Shown: positions 9,259 to 19,567, counted from the stretch's first letter. The stretch: 64,000 nucleotides of DNA from Candidatus Woesebacteria bacterium (GCA_040006915.1 JBDTWD010000002.1:42613-106612); one strand, 5' to 3'. Numbers and translations are program-made. Notes: generated by a model from the sequence alone, not told the origin.

Positions 9259-10140
9259 TTATTTTTGAGCGAGCAGTACGATATTTTCCATCAGACTAAT
9301 AACAGTCACCGGTCCTACCCCCCCTGGAACTGGCGTTAAGAACACTGCCTTCGGTTCAACTGAAGTGCGTTCAATATCACCTGCAGGAGATCCGACATCA
9401 ATCACAATTGCCCCTTCTTTGACCATAGAGCCGGTGATCAGATCTTTCACCCCCACAGCTGAGATCAGAATATCTGAAGTATTCAGTATATTTTTCCCAA
9501 ACTCTTGTCGTCCAATATTGTTTACGTTGTGGCCCAATCTGCGCAGAAGCTGGGTCAGCGGTTTTCCCACAATGTCGGAGCGACCCACGACCACAACATT
9601 CTTCTGTTTCCATTCTTCTGATGAAACTTCCATTTGCATTCGCGCTTCTTCTAAGATGGACAGACAGGCTTTGGCAGTTGCTGGCAATACATTGGTCGGA
9701 GAGATTTTATTTAAATTTGCTTGTGTCAAACAATCCACATCTTTGGTTGGATCAATCGCATTCGTCAATTGTTCCCACCAGGTAGAAAATTCGTTTACTT
9801 GTCGCCGTCTGGAACTGATCTCTTGTTCCCAGACCAGTTTTGATGGTTTTTGAATCATGATTCCAGAAAGATCAGCATCAACAGAGGCTTCTCTAATTGT
9901 CTGCACAATGAGACCCAGATCCTCGGTGAGAGAAAATTCTTCGGGTTCATAGGAGATGCCAACTCTATTGGCAGCTGCCATCTTCAGTTTGGTATATAAC
10001 CTGCTCCCCTCGTCCTCATGAAAGGTAAAGGTTTTTACATGGAGATTCACTCCCAGTCTTTTCAGTTCTTGAACCTTTTGCGCCAAAACATGCTCTTTGT
10101 TTTCGGCATAGGCTTTTCCATTAAAAATTATGCATGACAT
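9259..10140 (-). CDS. folD: Methylenetetrahydrofolate dehydrogenase/cyclohydrolase
   Basis: SRLYTKLK, GIMIQKP, KDVD, VGRSDIVGKP and TPVPGGVGPVTV motifs. Confidence 0.93.
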   Translation of the reverse strand: MSCIIFNGKAYAENKEHVLAQKVQELKRLGVNLHVKTFTFHEDEGSRLYTKLKMAAANRVGISYEPEEFSLTEDLGLIVQTIREASVDADLSGIMIQKPSKLVWEQEISSRRRQVNEFSTWWEQLTNAIDPTKDVDCLTQANLNKISPTNVLPATAKACLSILEEARMQMEVSSEEWKQKNVVVVGRSDIVGKPLTQLLRRLGHNVNNIGRQEFGKNILNTSDILISAVGVKDLITGSMVKEGAIVIDVGSPAGDIERTSVEPKAVFLTPVPGGVGPVTVISLMENIVLLAQK

Positions 10141-10985
10141 AAGGCTGTTAATCTTTCAATATTTTCTTTATCCGGACCTGTCCCTTCCATTCCTGGAATT
10201 TCTAGAATAAGTGGTAAGCCTGAGAGTGTTTTATGGGTTAAAAATGCATGCATCGTTTCTTTCCCAATCATGCCATCGTACAAGTTTGCATGTCTGTCTC
10301 TGTGTGAGAGATATTCATCACGGCTATCATTAACATGCACAACTTTGAGTGAGTCTTTGAGGTCTAACTCTGCGATTTCGTCAAACAGATATTTCTCGCC
10401 ATCCATGGGAACGAGTGAATATCCCGCTCCAAAGGCATGACAACTGTCCAAACACCATCCCACTCGTTTCCCTGCTTTCAGCTGATCAAGCATCCAACGA
10501 ATCTCGCGTAAATCCGAACCAATCTTTCCTTTTTGTCCGGCGGCGTTTTCAATTAAAAAGACGGACTTGTCATCCGTGGTCGACAACAGCTTGGCAATTT
10601 CCTTAACGACTTGCTCTTTCACTGCGTCCCAGCCTTTGCCCATATGTGATCCTACATGCACGACGACCCCAACGGCACCAATCTTTGCACAAACCTCCAT
10701 ATCGACAGATAAACTGACATTACTTTTTGCCAACAATTCTGGTTTCTCAGAAGCAAGGTTAATTAAATATTGTGAATGAATGACTGTTTGAAGAATTCCG
10801 TTCTTTGGCCTCTCCACATTAAACAAATCAATTTTTTCCTGTGGCAGCTTGGTCTTTGACCAAATTTGGGGGCTGGCACAGAAAATCTGAATGACATTTG
10901 CACCAATATCTTTTCCACGCTTCGGGGCGGTAAAAATACCCCCTGAGGTACTGACATGGGCACCAAGTAGTAATTGGTCATTCAT
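10128..10985 (-). CDS. nfo: Endonuclease IV
   Basis: GAHVSTSGG, HSQYLINLAS, ENAAGQ, DSCHAF and HVNDS...RDRH motifs. Confidence 0.95.
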   Translation of the reverse strand: MNDQLLLGAHVSTSGGIFTAPKRGKDIGANVIQIFCASPQIWSKTKLPQEKIDLFNVERPKNGILQTVIHSQYLINLASEKPELLAKSNVSLSVDMEVCAKIGAVGVVVHVGSHMGKGWDAVKEQVVKEIAKLLSTTDDKSVFLIENAAGQKGKIGSDLREIRWMLDQLKAGKRVGWCLDSCHAFGAGYSLVPMDGEKYLFDEIAELDLKDSLKVVHVNDSRDEYLSHRDRHANLYDGMIGKETMHAFLTHKTLSGLPLILEIPGMEGTGPDKENIERLTALCHA

Positions 10986-10987
10986 AG

Positions 10988-11173
10988 TTACTCCTTCTCA
11001 TCTAGATCGATAGCTTTTGCTTTTGTTTTTCCAAGTACATCAATCAATTTCCCATTTTGGATAATCATCCACCCTTTGCTTAGGGCCAATTTAATCAAAG
11101 AATCCTTTATTTCTGGCGAAAGCAAAATACTTGTTTTTGACCGTTCTGGAGCGCTTTCTTTGCGTGGAGTCAT
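10988..11173 (-). CDS. Small hypothetical protein
   Basis: Its ATG overlaps the glyA stop (ATGA) and it ends 2 nt before nfo, consistent with translational coupling. Confidence 0.6.
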   Translation of the reverse strand: MTPRKESAPERSKTSILLSPEIKDSLIKLALSKGWMIIQNGKLIDVLGKTKAKAIDLDEKE

Positions 11174-12480
11174 AGTGCCTCTATTGGAAACTGGGAACAC
11201 AACTTTTGCACTTTCGTTGCAACTGAAAGCAAGAATGGATCAGTGTTCATTCTTTGAGCAAAAGCTTTAACAAATTCGGCTCGTTGTTTTTTGTCTTCAG
11301 GTAACTTTTCATCTTTGATGTGATCCGAAATTGCTGTTATCCATTCTGCAATATGTTCCATTTGGACTTCTTTCATTCCACGAGTCGTGACAGCTGGCGT
11401 TCCAATCCGAACTCCCGAGGGATAGAAAGGACTGGTATCTTTTGGAACTGTATTAAAGTTAGCAACTAATCCCGCAGCATTCATGGCCTTGGCAACTAAC
11501 ACCCCGTGACCACTTCCTAGCGTTGAAAAATCCAAGACCAGTAAGTGATTTTCTGTCCCATTTCCGACTTGTGATATTCCCTTGCTTTGTAAAGAAGCAG
11601 CAAGAGCTTTCGCGTTGGCAACAATCTGTTTTCCGTAACGTTTAAAGCCTTCGGTATTGGCTTCTTCCAAAGCTATAGCGATCCCCGCTGTCGTGTTATT
11701 ATGTGGGCCTCCCTGCATACCAGGTATAACAGCCATATCAATCTTTTTTACTAATTCTGGATCTTTTTTCAAACCAATTTCAGTTACCAAAATCATCGCT
11801 CCTCTTGGCCCCCGAAGGGTCTTATGGGTGGTCGTCATAATGACGTCAACGTATGGCACAGGTGACGGATGACTTCCCGCAATGATGAGTCCAACAATAT
11901 GAGAAATATCCGCAACCAAATATGCACCAACTTCATCAGCAATTTCTTTGGCTTTCTTCCAGTCCAAGATAAAGGGATGGGCAGTGGTTCCTAAAATAAT
12001 GACTTTTGGTTTGTGTTCTAGAGCCAGGGTTCGCATCTCTTCATAATTAATGCGAGCATCTGCCGTTAAGCCAAATTGAACTGAATTGTAAAATCTTCCA
12101 GAGAAGGTGACATTGGGATGTCCATGCGTTAAGTGTCCGCCCATGGATAGCTTTAAGCCCATGACGGTACTACCGGGAGCTGCCAATGCAAACAGAATTT
12201 CAGAGTTAGCTGGGCTTCCTGAATATGGTTGAACGTTCACATATGGAACACCAAAGAGTTTCTTGGCGCGTTCGACAGCCAAAGTTTCGATTTGGTCAAT
12301 AACTTCGTTTCCTTCGTAATACCTGCGACCCGGATACCCTTCCGAATATTTATTGGAAAGCATTGATCCAACTGCTCCTCTGACTGCTTTGGAGGTATAG
12401 TTTTCCGAAGGGATCAGCATTAAGGTATCGCGTTGGCGTTTTTCTTCGGCTGCTATCAAATCAAAAATTTCATCACTCAT
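11170..12480 (-). CDS. glyA: Serine hydroxymethyltransferase
   Basis: LIPSENY, NKYSEGYPGRRYY, GGHLTHG and TTTHKTLRGPRG motifs. Confidence 0.98.
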   Translation of the reverse strand: MSDEIFDLIAAEEKRQRDTLMLIPSENYTSKAVRGAVGSMLSNKYSEGYPGRRYYEGNEVIDQIETLAVERAKKLFGVPYVNVQPYSGSPANSEILFALAAPGSTVMGLKLSMGGHLTHGHPNVTFSGRFYNSVQFGLTADARINYEEMRTLALEHKPKVIILGTTAHPFILDWKKAKEIADEVGAYLVADISHIVGLIIAGSHPSPVPYVDVIMTTTHKTLRGPRGAMILVTEIGLKKDPELVKKIDMAVIPGMQGGPHNNTTAGIAIALEEANTEGFKRYGKQIVANAKALAASLQSKGISQVGNGTENHLLVLDFSTLGSGHGVLVAKAMNAAGLVANFNTVPKDTSPFYPSGVRIGTPAVTTRGMKEVQMEHIAEWITAISDHIKDEKLPEDKKQRAEFVKAFAQRMNTDPFLLSVATKVQKLCSQFPIEAL

Positions 12481-12542
12481 ATCTGATAGTCTACCATGTT
12501 ACGCATGCGTTTGAGATATATCTGTTAGAATAGTACACCATT

Positions 12543-13424
12543 ATGACAAACGAAGTTTTACACGGATCCATCATTAAAATTACATCTAATTTCCCGGGAG
12601 CAGGAGCGACAACCGCTAAACTGAATATTGCCAAGAATCCGCACTTTGCCGCTTTGTCAGCAGGAGATTTCCGCAGGGCGTTGGTTGTAGATTGGGAAAA
12701 CTGGAAATCCCAAGACTGGACTTCGTTTCGCAACCAATATTTTATGCTGTGGGCAAAGGGAGGCATTCAGACAGTCCTTTCATATCTGACAGAAAAAGAT
12801 CGGCTCTCTCAGACAGTAGAGAATAAAAAACTGACTGCTTTCAATGATAGGGCTGCGGAGGATTTTGCTCCCACATCCAATGACTGGAAGATCTGGGACT
12901 GGATGACCGATGCATACAGTATCTATCGTACTCGTATGCTGCTTGAAGCTGGATACTCTGTCGTTGGTGAAGGCGATTTGGTAATCGCAACCCAAGAAAT
13001 AGATCAATTACAAGATGAGTCACAAAAATTAGATGAGGCCTACCCCACTATTTTGCATAGCACTTTTTGCTACATATTATCTGTTGATCGATTCAGTGGA
13101 ACCAAGCGTGTTGAACAACGTGAGAAAGCTGCTGCACTGATAGCCGGACGAGAATATCATGCACTCACACTGATGGAACGATTAACCCAACTTGAAGATA
13201 TCGTCGCTGACGATTACAGTCGCTATGCTCTTCTTTACTCTATTGTAGGTGCACCCTTAGATACTCTTCGATACAACCAAATGCATGCTCGGGCGATTGA
13301 CGCCTCACAAGAAGAAAGTGTAATTAAGAGATCAATTGAAAATGATGTCAAAACAAGAGTAGAAAAATTGCGTCCCAATCATCCAGAACTTGTAGCTCAT
13401 CTTTTAGGGCATCTTCAAGAGTAA
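12543..13424 (+). CDS. Divergent cytidylate kinase-like P-loop kinase
   Basis: FPGAGATT P-loop, SAGDFRR, VVGEGDL, KRVEQRE and SRYALLY resemble archaeal-type Cmk, with insertions. Confidence 0.55.
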   Translation: MTNEVLHGSIIKITSNFPGAGATTAKLNIAKNPHFAALSAGDFRRALVVDWENWKSQDWTSFRNQYFMLWAKGGIQTVLSYLTEKDRLSQTVENKKLTAFNDRAAEDFAPTSNDWKIWDWMTDAYSIYRTRMLLEAGYSVVGEGDLVIATQEIDQLQDESQKLDEAYPTILHSTFCYILSVDRFSGTKRVEQREKAAALIAGREYHALTLMERLTQLEDIVADDYSRYALLYSIVGAPLDTLRYNQMHARAIDASQEESVIKRSIENDVKTRVEKLRPNHPELVAHLLGHLQE

Positions 13425-13447
13425 TGACTCTATAGATTCGTCGTTCT

Positions 13448-14959
13448 CTATTCCCACTCCATTGTGGCAGGTGGCTTGTTGGTAATATCGTAGACTACCC
13501 GAGAAATATCGGGAACTTCATTCACAATCCGTGAAGAAATTTTTGCCAAAACTGCATAGGGAAGATCAGCCCACTGATCAGTCATGACGTCGGTCGATTC
13601 ATAGGCACGAACGGCAACAACCTCGGCAAATACCCGTCCATCCCCTTTCACCGCAGTACTATATGCGCCAGTTAAAACTGCAAAGCACTGAAACACTTTA
13701 TGATAAAACCCTGCCGTCCGCATTTCTTCCATGACGATTTTGTCAGCAGCTTTTTCCTGACTCAATCTTTTTTCCGTGACTTCCCCTCTGATCCGAATTG
13801 CATATCCAGGACCGGGAAAAGGATGTAATGATACAAATTCCTCTGGTACAGATAACTTCCTGCCAATTTCTCGTACCTCGTCTTTATAAAATGCGCGCAT
13901 CGGTTCTAACAGCTTTAACTTCATGTCTTTAGGAAGCCCTCCCACATTGTGATGCGATTTGATATGTGAAGCATGCTTACTGCCTTTTGATTCAATAACA
14001 TCAGAATAGATTGTTCCTTGTCCTAAAAATTGCACATCAATATGTTTTTTGGCTTCCTCATCAAACAACTCTATATATAGTTTTCCAATCGTTTTACGTT
14101 TAACCTCTGGGTCCGTCACTCCTTTTAAAGCCTTCATAAACCGAGCTCGAGCTTCAATCACCACCAGAGTTGCTTTCACATGTACAGAAAACAATTTCTT
14201 CACAGCCTCTTGGGTGTGTTCACGCATTAGTCCGCTTTCGACATACACAGCGATTAACTGTTTCCCTATAGCTTTGGCAATCAAAGCCGCTGCTACCGTA
14301 GAATCCACCCCTCCCGACACTGCGCAAATGACTTTGGCATTACCAACGGTGTTTTTAATGTCTGTAATAATTGGTGCAGGATCGAGCACCAACGGATTTA
14401 AGGCTTCGCCACAAATAGTTACCGCAAAGTGCCGCAGCAGTTCTTTGCCTTGTTCGCTATGATGCGCTTCAGGATGGAACAAAATTCCATACAGTCTTTT
14501 GGCCTCACACGCGACCGCCGCCAATGGTACGCTCGCAGTTGTGCCCACTACTTCAAAATCTTTTGGAAGCTTGGTTACTGTATCGCCGTGAGACATGATC
14601 ACCGAAAAACTTTTTTTGGGGAGTTTAAAAATATTTTTCTGAAACGTGATTCTCGCTGGTCCATATTCTTTTTGTCCACTCACTACTTTTCCACCCAACA
14701 ACTTAGCCATGATGTGCCAGCCATAACAGATACCCAGGATTGGAACGCCCGATGTAAAAACATCTGGATCAATAGTCGGCGCTCCCGCTTCATATACCGA
14801 TGAGGGGCCACCAGAAAAAATAATTCCCGTCGGTCGAAATTTTTGCACAGCACTCATCGCGTCCTCGGGGACTATATATTCAACACTAACCCCAATATCA
14901 CGTAGTCGTCTGCCAATTAAATGCGCCGTCTGAGATCCAAAATCGATGATAAGAATCAT
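13448..14959 (-). CDS. guaA: GMP synthase (glutamine-hydrolysing)
   Basis: IDFGSQ, LGICYG, FHPE, SGGVDS, IKSHHNVGGLP and KPPATMEWE motifs. Confidence 0.98.
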   Translation of the reverse strand: MILIIDFGSQTAHLIGRRLRDIGVSVEYIVPEDAMSAVQKFRPTGIIFSGGPSSVYEAGAPTIDPDVFTSGVPILGICYGWHIMAKLLGGKVVSGQKEYGPARITFQKNIFKLPKKSFSVIMSHGDTVTKLPKDFEVVGTTASVPLAAVACEAKRLYGILFHPEAHHSEQGKELLRHFAVTICGEALNPLVLDPAPIITDIKNTVGNAKVICAVSGGVDSTVAAALIAKAIGKQLIAVYVESGLMREHTQEAVKKLFSVHVKATLVVIEARARFMKALKGVTDPEVKRKTIGKLYIELFDEEAKKHIDVQFLGQGTIYSDVIESKGSKHASHIKSHHNVGGLPKDMKLKLLEPMRAFYKDEVREIGRKLSVPEEFVSLHPFPGPGYAIRIRGEVTEKRLSQEKAADKIVMEEMRTAGFYHKVFQCFAVLTGAYSTAVKGDGRVFAEVVAVRAYESTDVMTDQWADLPYAVLAKISSRIVNEVPDISRVVYDITNKPPATMEWE

Positions 14960-15555
14960 AGAATGTGTATCTCCCCTGCTTCACTAATAGTTTGAATACT
15001 GATAAGAGAAAACGCTTTGACTCCCGTTTCCTTTTCTATTTGGACCGCTCCGTTCTGCCATACTTTATCAAACAATGCTCCCAAACCCACAACTATAGCG
15101 CCTTTGGCTTGGAGTGCTTTGATTGCGGCCACTGCAGTATTTCCACGGGCAATTACGTCATCAATTACCAAGATCTTCATCTTGGGTTGTACAAATCCGA
15201 TATGACTCTGGATTCCTTTTTGTCCGGTAGTAAATGAATCATTTTCGTAGGAAACAATATTTTCCCAAGCTCCAGGAAGAATCGAAGAACGTTTGGCTGG
15301 GAGAATGGTAGAAATCCCTAACATATTAGCAAGGATAGATACCAGCCTCGCTCCTGCATCTGGAAGACCAACAATGGCATCAATATCGTTTTTGCGATAC
15401 TCATTTGCCCAGCAACGAGAGGCAATTTCTAGGACATCAGAATCAATACAGAGATTAAATGGCTTGGCGACGATGTAACCACTTTTTGCGTCTTTGACGA
15501 CGGAGTTTTCAATGAAAAGTTTTTTTAAGATTGTGAGATGATCTTGTGGTTTCAT
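14956..15555 (-). CDS. Purine phosphoribosyltransferase (Xpt/Apt-like)
   Basis: PRPP loop ILVIDDVIARGNT and SFTT; coupled to guaA. Confidence 0.8.
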   Translation of the reverse strand: MKPQDHLTILKKLFIENSVVKDAKSGYIVAKPFNLCIDSDVLEIASRCWANEYRKNDIDAIVGLPDAGARLVSILANMLGISTILPAKRSSILPGAWENIVSYENDSFTTGQKGIQSHIGFVQPKMKILVIDDVIARGNTAVAAIKALQAKGAIVVGLGALFDKVWQNGAVQIEKETGVKAFSLISIQTISEAGEIHIL

Positions 15556-15610
15556 AGGTACTTATAACACAAAAACACTGCTATTTGAAAGTAAGCAGTA
15601 TACTATCCGT

Positions 15611-16210
15611 ATGAAACCACAGATTAATCCAAATATAGAAAAAGTACTTGAGAACACGATACTCCCAGACCTTCTCAGAGGTCGTAAAGATTTTGATCTC
15701 CCACATACCAAAGCCGTCGTATTTTGGATGAAGAAGCTGCTTTTAAATGTACAGAACCCATCTCTAGATTCACAAGTCTTAATCACGGCAGCCTATGCGC
15801 ATGATTGGGGGTATATTGGCTTGTTTGATGGAGTCGATAGCACCGACATTGAAGTAATTCATAAAATGAAACCCCTGCATATGGAAAGAGGCAGTGAGAA
15901 AATTAGAAGCCTCATCGGAAAAAAACTTTCAACGTACTTTTCCAAAGAACAGCAGGAGCTTGTTTCTCACTTAGTTTTAGTTCACGATCGGATCGAGGAT
16001 CTTCGCGGTGATGCAGAAATTGTACTTATGGAGGCAGATACGTTAGGGATGCTCGATACTGATTTGGTCAAACCTACATTCTCAAAAGCCGATAACGACG
16101 TTTTTATTGCAAGAGAACTCAATGGGCGTAGACTCCCCGTCTTCAAGCATCAGTTTGCGAAAGAGACTGCGAAAGTCCTCGCTCAAAAACGTCTGTCTTT
16201 TTACGATTAA
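15611..16210 (+). CDS. HD-domain phosphohydrolase
   Basis: PHT...AAYAHDWG...H...VHD...EADTL motifs. Confidence 0.85.
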   Translation: MKPQINPNIEKVLENTILPDLLRGRKDFDLPHTKAVVFWMKKLLLNVQNPSLDSQVLITAAYAHDWGYIGLFDGVDSTDIEVIHKMKPLHMERGSEKIRSLIGKKLSTYFSKEQQELVSHLVLVHDRIEDLRGDAEIVLMEADTLGMLDTDLVKPTFSKADNDVFIARELNGRRLPVFKHQFAKETAKVLAQKRLSFYD

Positions 16211-17445
16211 GTTCGTAGCTGTTCACCCGCAAGTGCATACGCATCTAGCCTTTTGAAAGAGAATTCAAATTCGGGATCAGCTAAGGCCAGTTCTACAACT
16301 CCGAGGGCTGAATCAAAAAGCTTGCGTCGTTGTTCTTGATTATCACCAGCATCAAACAGTGCCGAGACGAAGGCTTTATATCCATAAAAAAGTGCCATAT
16401 ATTTTCGAATATGTCTGTCGTTAGCGTCTCCAGCATATCGCTCAACAAACTCGTCAGCCATTTGTGAATATTCACCTGAAAGTGTGACTCCCCGTGACCT
16501 ATTTGCGTCCAAGAATGCGAGATCAGCATTCGCAAAGACGACATCATACCCTGGATCTCCAAACCCGACGGAGGCTGGATCGATTATTTCCACTCGATTC
16601 TCTGTTTTCAGGGTAGAAACGAAGATATTTGCTGACCAAAAATCTCCGTGGATAGGTGCTAATCGTTCTCTGGCATCTTGCGCATATCTGACTGCCAGTT
16701 CCATCATTTTCTGCTTGAGAAGGTCAACACGTTCGGCATCGATTGTCCCTTGGGAAAACTGCGGCATCAATGCTGCTAATCCATTTAAGCGAGTGGAATC
16801 TTCTATGACATGCGAAATTCCATTTTGATATAATTCTCGCGCCCTGCCCTTGATCGCTGGACTCAGTGGAGCGTCATGCACGAGAATCATTTTCTTCGTT
16901 ACTTCTTCATAGAGTGATCGAATAGCTTGTGTTGTTACTTCAGTTTGACCAAGATTTTCTGCTGACTGTATAGTTGAAAGACCCAGTTGTCCTAAAAATG
17001 AGAGCATTTGTGTGTATTCAGCGGGATCTAAGAGATCTTGAATCGCCAAGATGAGATCAAGATTCTGGAGTTGTGAGGATGTAACTGTTTCCTCGGTTAC
17101 ACGTATAACAGAATCCTTCATTAATCCAAATGTGCCATAACTTTTCACAATTCCGTCTCTAGGCCTTGAGCTTTTAATAATATCCATTCGTCTCGCAATA
17201 TCTAATCCGCTTTCATCCATATCTTTATCTCTTTCAGTTTTTATGAAGAATGGATAGTCTTGGCCTAAAATCTCGATAATGACTTTAAATCCAAATGAAT
17301 ACTGACCCTGTCCAATCTTCTCAACCAATTTCACCGTAATTTGAGCGTTTATGTCTGTTACTTCTTTTAAAAGAGGAATGAATATCCTCTGCAGTTGATC
17401 TTGCGGCAATTGAGATATTTGATCGATTCGGTTTTCAGCTGACAT
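16207..17445 (-). CDS. APH/choline-kinase-like phosphotransferase
   Basis: FFIK, PIHGDFWSANIF and IIDP...GDPGYDV motifs. Start placed at MSAENR, 2 nt after the dNK stop. Confidence 0.8.
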   Translation of the reverse strand: MSAENRIDQISQLPQDQLQRIFIPLLKEVTDINAQITVKLVEKIGQGQYSFGFKVIIEILGQDYPFFIKTERDKDMDESGLDIARRMDIIKSSRPRDGIVKSYGTFGLMKDSVIRVTEETVTSSQLQNLDLILAIQDLLDPAEYTQMLSFLGQLGLSTIQSAENLGQTEVTTQAIRSLYEEVTKKMILVHDAPLSPAIKGRARELYQNGISHVIEDSTRLNGLAALMPQFSQGTIDAERVDLLKQKMMELAVRYAQDARERLAPIHGDFWSANIFVSTLKTENRVEIIDPASVGFGDPGYDVVFANADLAFLDANRSRGVTLSGEYSQMADEFVERYAGDANDRHIRKYMALFYGYKAFVSALFDAGDNQEQRRKLFDSALGVVELALADPEFEFSFKRLDAYALAGEQLRT

Positions 17446-17447
17446 AG

Positions 17448-18095
17448 TTATCCTTTCAACTGGGCAGAGATATGGGAAATAATTTTGCTGCAATCATCTT
17501 GATTATTTTCAAAGTCTGAAACAAATTCTTCCGTTACTTCAATGACCTTTACGTTCTTTTGCAGGAGTTTTTCGTACAAGGCTGAAAGCCCAAGTTCTAG
17601 TTGACCCAAGTATTCTCGTGTATAAAAAGCCAGCTCGTAATCTCTACCTCTCTTTTTTAGCCGTTCCATCAACGTATCCATTGAGTAAGAAAGTTTAACA
17701 ACGTGCGTATTGGCGAACAAACCATCAGTGAGCTCATCATAGAGAGTGTGGTATAAACTCCACTCATCTTCCGTAATATTTCCAACCAGTAAATGACTGT
17801 AGGTGTACACCCAGCTCATCAAAAGTCCGCTATCAATAATCGTCAGTTTTTGTTTCTTTTTCCTCAGTTCACCCCGTAAGATTTTGATTCGCTCCATAGT
17901 GAGCCAAGTTTCATTGGCGAATGCCCATCGTTTCATATCCGCTAAATACGGTTTAGCAAACGGATCAGAGGTTTGAAACAAATCATCAGCATCGACTGGA
18001 TACGCTTTGAGTGCTTTAACCAAGATCGGCATTAACGTAGACTTTCCTGAAGCCACATTTCCAATGATAGTGAGCGTTTGTGTACTCATAGACAA
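17448..18095 (-). CDS. Deoxynucleoside kinase
   Basis: GNVASGKST, YLADMKRWAF and RLKKRGRDYE motifs. Confidence 0.9.
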   Translation of the reverse strand: MSMSTQTLTIIGNVASGKSTLMPILVKALKAYPVDADDLFQTSDPFAKPYLADMKRWAFANETWLTMERIKILRGELRKKKQKLTIIDSGLLMSWVYTYSHLLVGNITEDEWSLYHTLYDELTDGLFANTHVVKLSYSMDTLMERLKKRGRDYELAFYTREYLGQLELGLSALYEKLLQKNVKVIEVTEEFVSDFENNQDDCSKIISHISAQLKG

Positions 18096-18097
18096 AG

Positions 18098-19381
18098 CTA
18101 TACGCGATTTTTGCGCACATCTTTTTTAATATACATTTGTTTTAATTTATCGAATTGTGTCCGCAGCTTTTCTTTTTCAAAAGTAAACTGCAACTGCGTC
18201 TTACTATCTGTATCTGTAGTTGTTATACAGAAACGCTCAAGGGTTGGATAGAGTGCAAATGCACTTCGTACCGTCAAAACAACTCGTTCGTAATAGAGTT
18301 GCCAAAAAAGTGTATTCCAGGTTAGAAAATGTGGGATTTGGTAATCATGATGCAAGGCATGTGTCTTATCTGAGACATAGGCAATCGGTCTGCCTCGACT
18401 TTCACTTTGACGAGCAAAGCGAGATAGCTCAAGCGCTTCATCTTCTGACATCCCTGGACGAAATAACAGGTCCCAGTTAAACATTTTTTTGTCATGAGAA
18501 AGAGAAATATTCTTCGTTTCTCCAAGCAGATTTACTTCCAGATGCTGATCTTCATCTACCGCTTTATAGCCCTTGGCTTTTTGACTAATACGATGCTTCC
18601 CAATGTCCGTTTTGTCGGCAATGATCAACGCTAAAGCTTCTGCTCCAAATCTCTTTCTCATCCGTTCAACAATTTGCTCCTCACTCTGCTCAAGGGCTTT
18701 TCTTTCTCCATCTTTTGCATATTCATAACGAAAGCTCTCAATCAACTGTGAAGCGATTGGCTCATTATGAAGCTGCATGGCCCGGCGGACAATTCTCCAA
18801 TCACGTGCTTTGTCTATTCTTTCTTTGCTTCGTATATCCAGATTTCCATCTGGAAGAACTTGGTTGACAACTTTTGAGAGAATATATGGTGAAACAAGAG
18901 AATGATATTTGCGGCTTAAGATATTGCCAAGATCATGTCCTCTGGTTGCAAGCACCGCTCTACGAATAACTGGTTTTTTCTCCCCTGCCAGTTTGAGTAA
19001 TTTGCGCACGTTTTTCGTAACATGATTGATATGGATTTTGTCATGTTTGTTAAATCCGTGTTCATAGACACGGTCCAAAGATCCGTTTGCCAAAGAATAG
19101 GTGTTATCCAAACATTTTTTTAAGGCTTTATTTAATTTTGTCGGACTTAAAGAATAGACATCAATACAGTCTGTGCAAAAATCTTTCCACCGATCCGTTT
19201 CTGTAAGCACAAAGTCGATAAATGCCTGTGGACATCCTGCCTCCTCAAAATATGTACGAGCAAGTGCCGTGTCAAATCGAGAAGGATCATGGTTTACAGA
19301 TACTGGCCCTTCTTTGGGAATTAAAGACCGAGCAAACGTTATTTGGTCTCGTAATGTAGTCGGTGGTTTTGGTCGTTCCAT
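18098..19381 (-). CDS. HD-superfamily phosphohydrolase (COG3294-like)
   Basis: GFNKHDKIH, GHDLGN..SRKYH, LHNE and LIIADKTD motifs. Start placed at MERPK. Confidence 0.8.
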   Translation of the reverse strand: MERPKPPTTLRDQITFARSLIPKEGPVSVNHDPSRFDTALARTYFEEAGCPQAFIDFVLTETDRWKDFCTDCIDVYSLSPTKLNKALKKCLDNTYSLANGSLDRVYEHGFNKHDKIHINHVTKNVRKLLKLAGEKKPVIRRAVLATRGHDLGNILSRKYHSLVSPYILSKVVNQVLPDGNLDIRSKERIDKARDWRIVRRAMQLHNEPIASQLIESFRYEYAKDGERKALEQSEEQIVERMRKRFGAEALALIIADKTDIGKHRISQKAKGYKAVDEDQHLEVNLLGETKNISLSHDKKMFNWDLLFRPGMSEDEALELSRFARQSESRGRPIAYVSDKTHALHHDYQIPHFLTWNTLFWQLYYERVVLTVRSAFALYPTLERFCITTTDTDSKTQLQFTFEKEKLRTQFDKLKQMYIKKDVRKNRV

Positions 19382-19522
19382 ATGATGGGTTACCAAAAAA
19401 GGGGAATAAAAAAACACCCTTCCCTTTTGATAACTTGGTTTCCCCCCGCTTTACACGGGGTGCTGTTTCTTGGATCAAAAGTGGGTGTCTACAAAAAGTA
19501 GTCTTTCACTTTTATTTCCCGT

Positions 19523-19551
19523 AGTATATCAATACTATAAGATATCTACAA
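19523..19551 (-). promoter_or_regulatory. Promoter of the HD-dNK-kinase operon
   Basis: TTGTAG-N17-TATACT with a TG extension. Confidence 0.55.
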
Positions 19552-19567
19552 GTATTTGTGTATGAAT

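Noticed and set aside
19546-19561. NrdR-box-like palindrome (CTACAAGTATTTGTGT) upstream of the dNK operon
   Set aside because: The central AT of the NrdR consensus is inverted to TA and no second box is evident.
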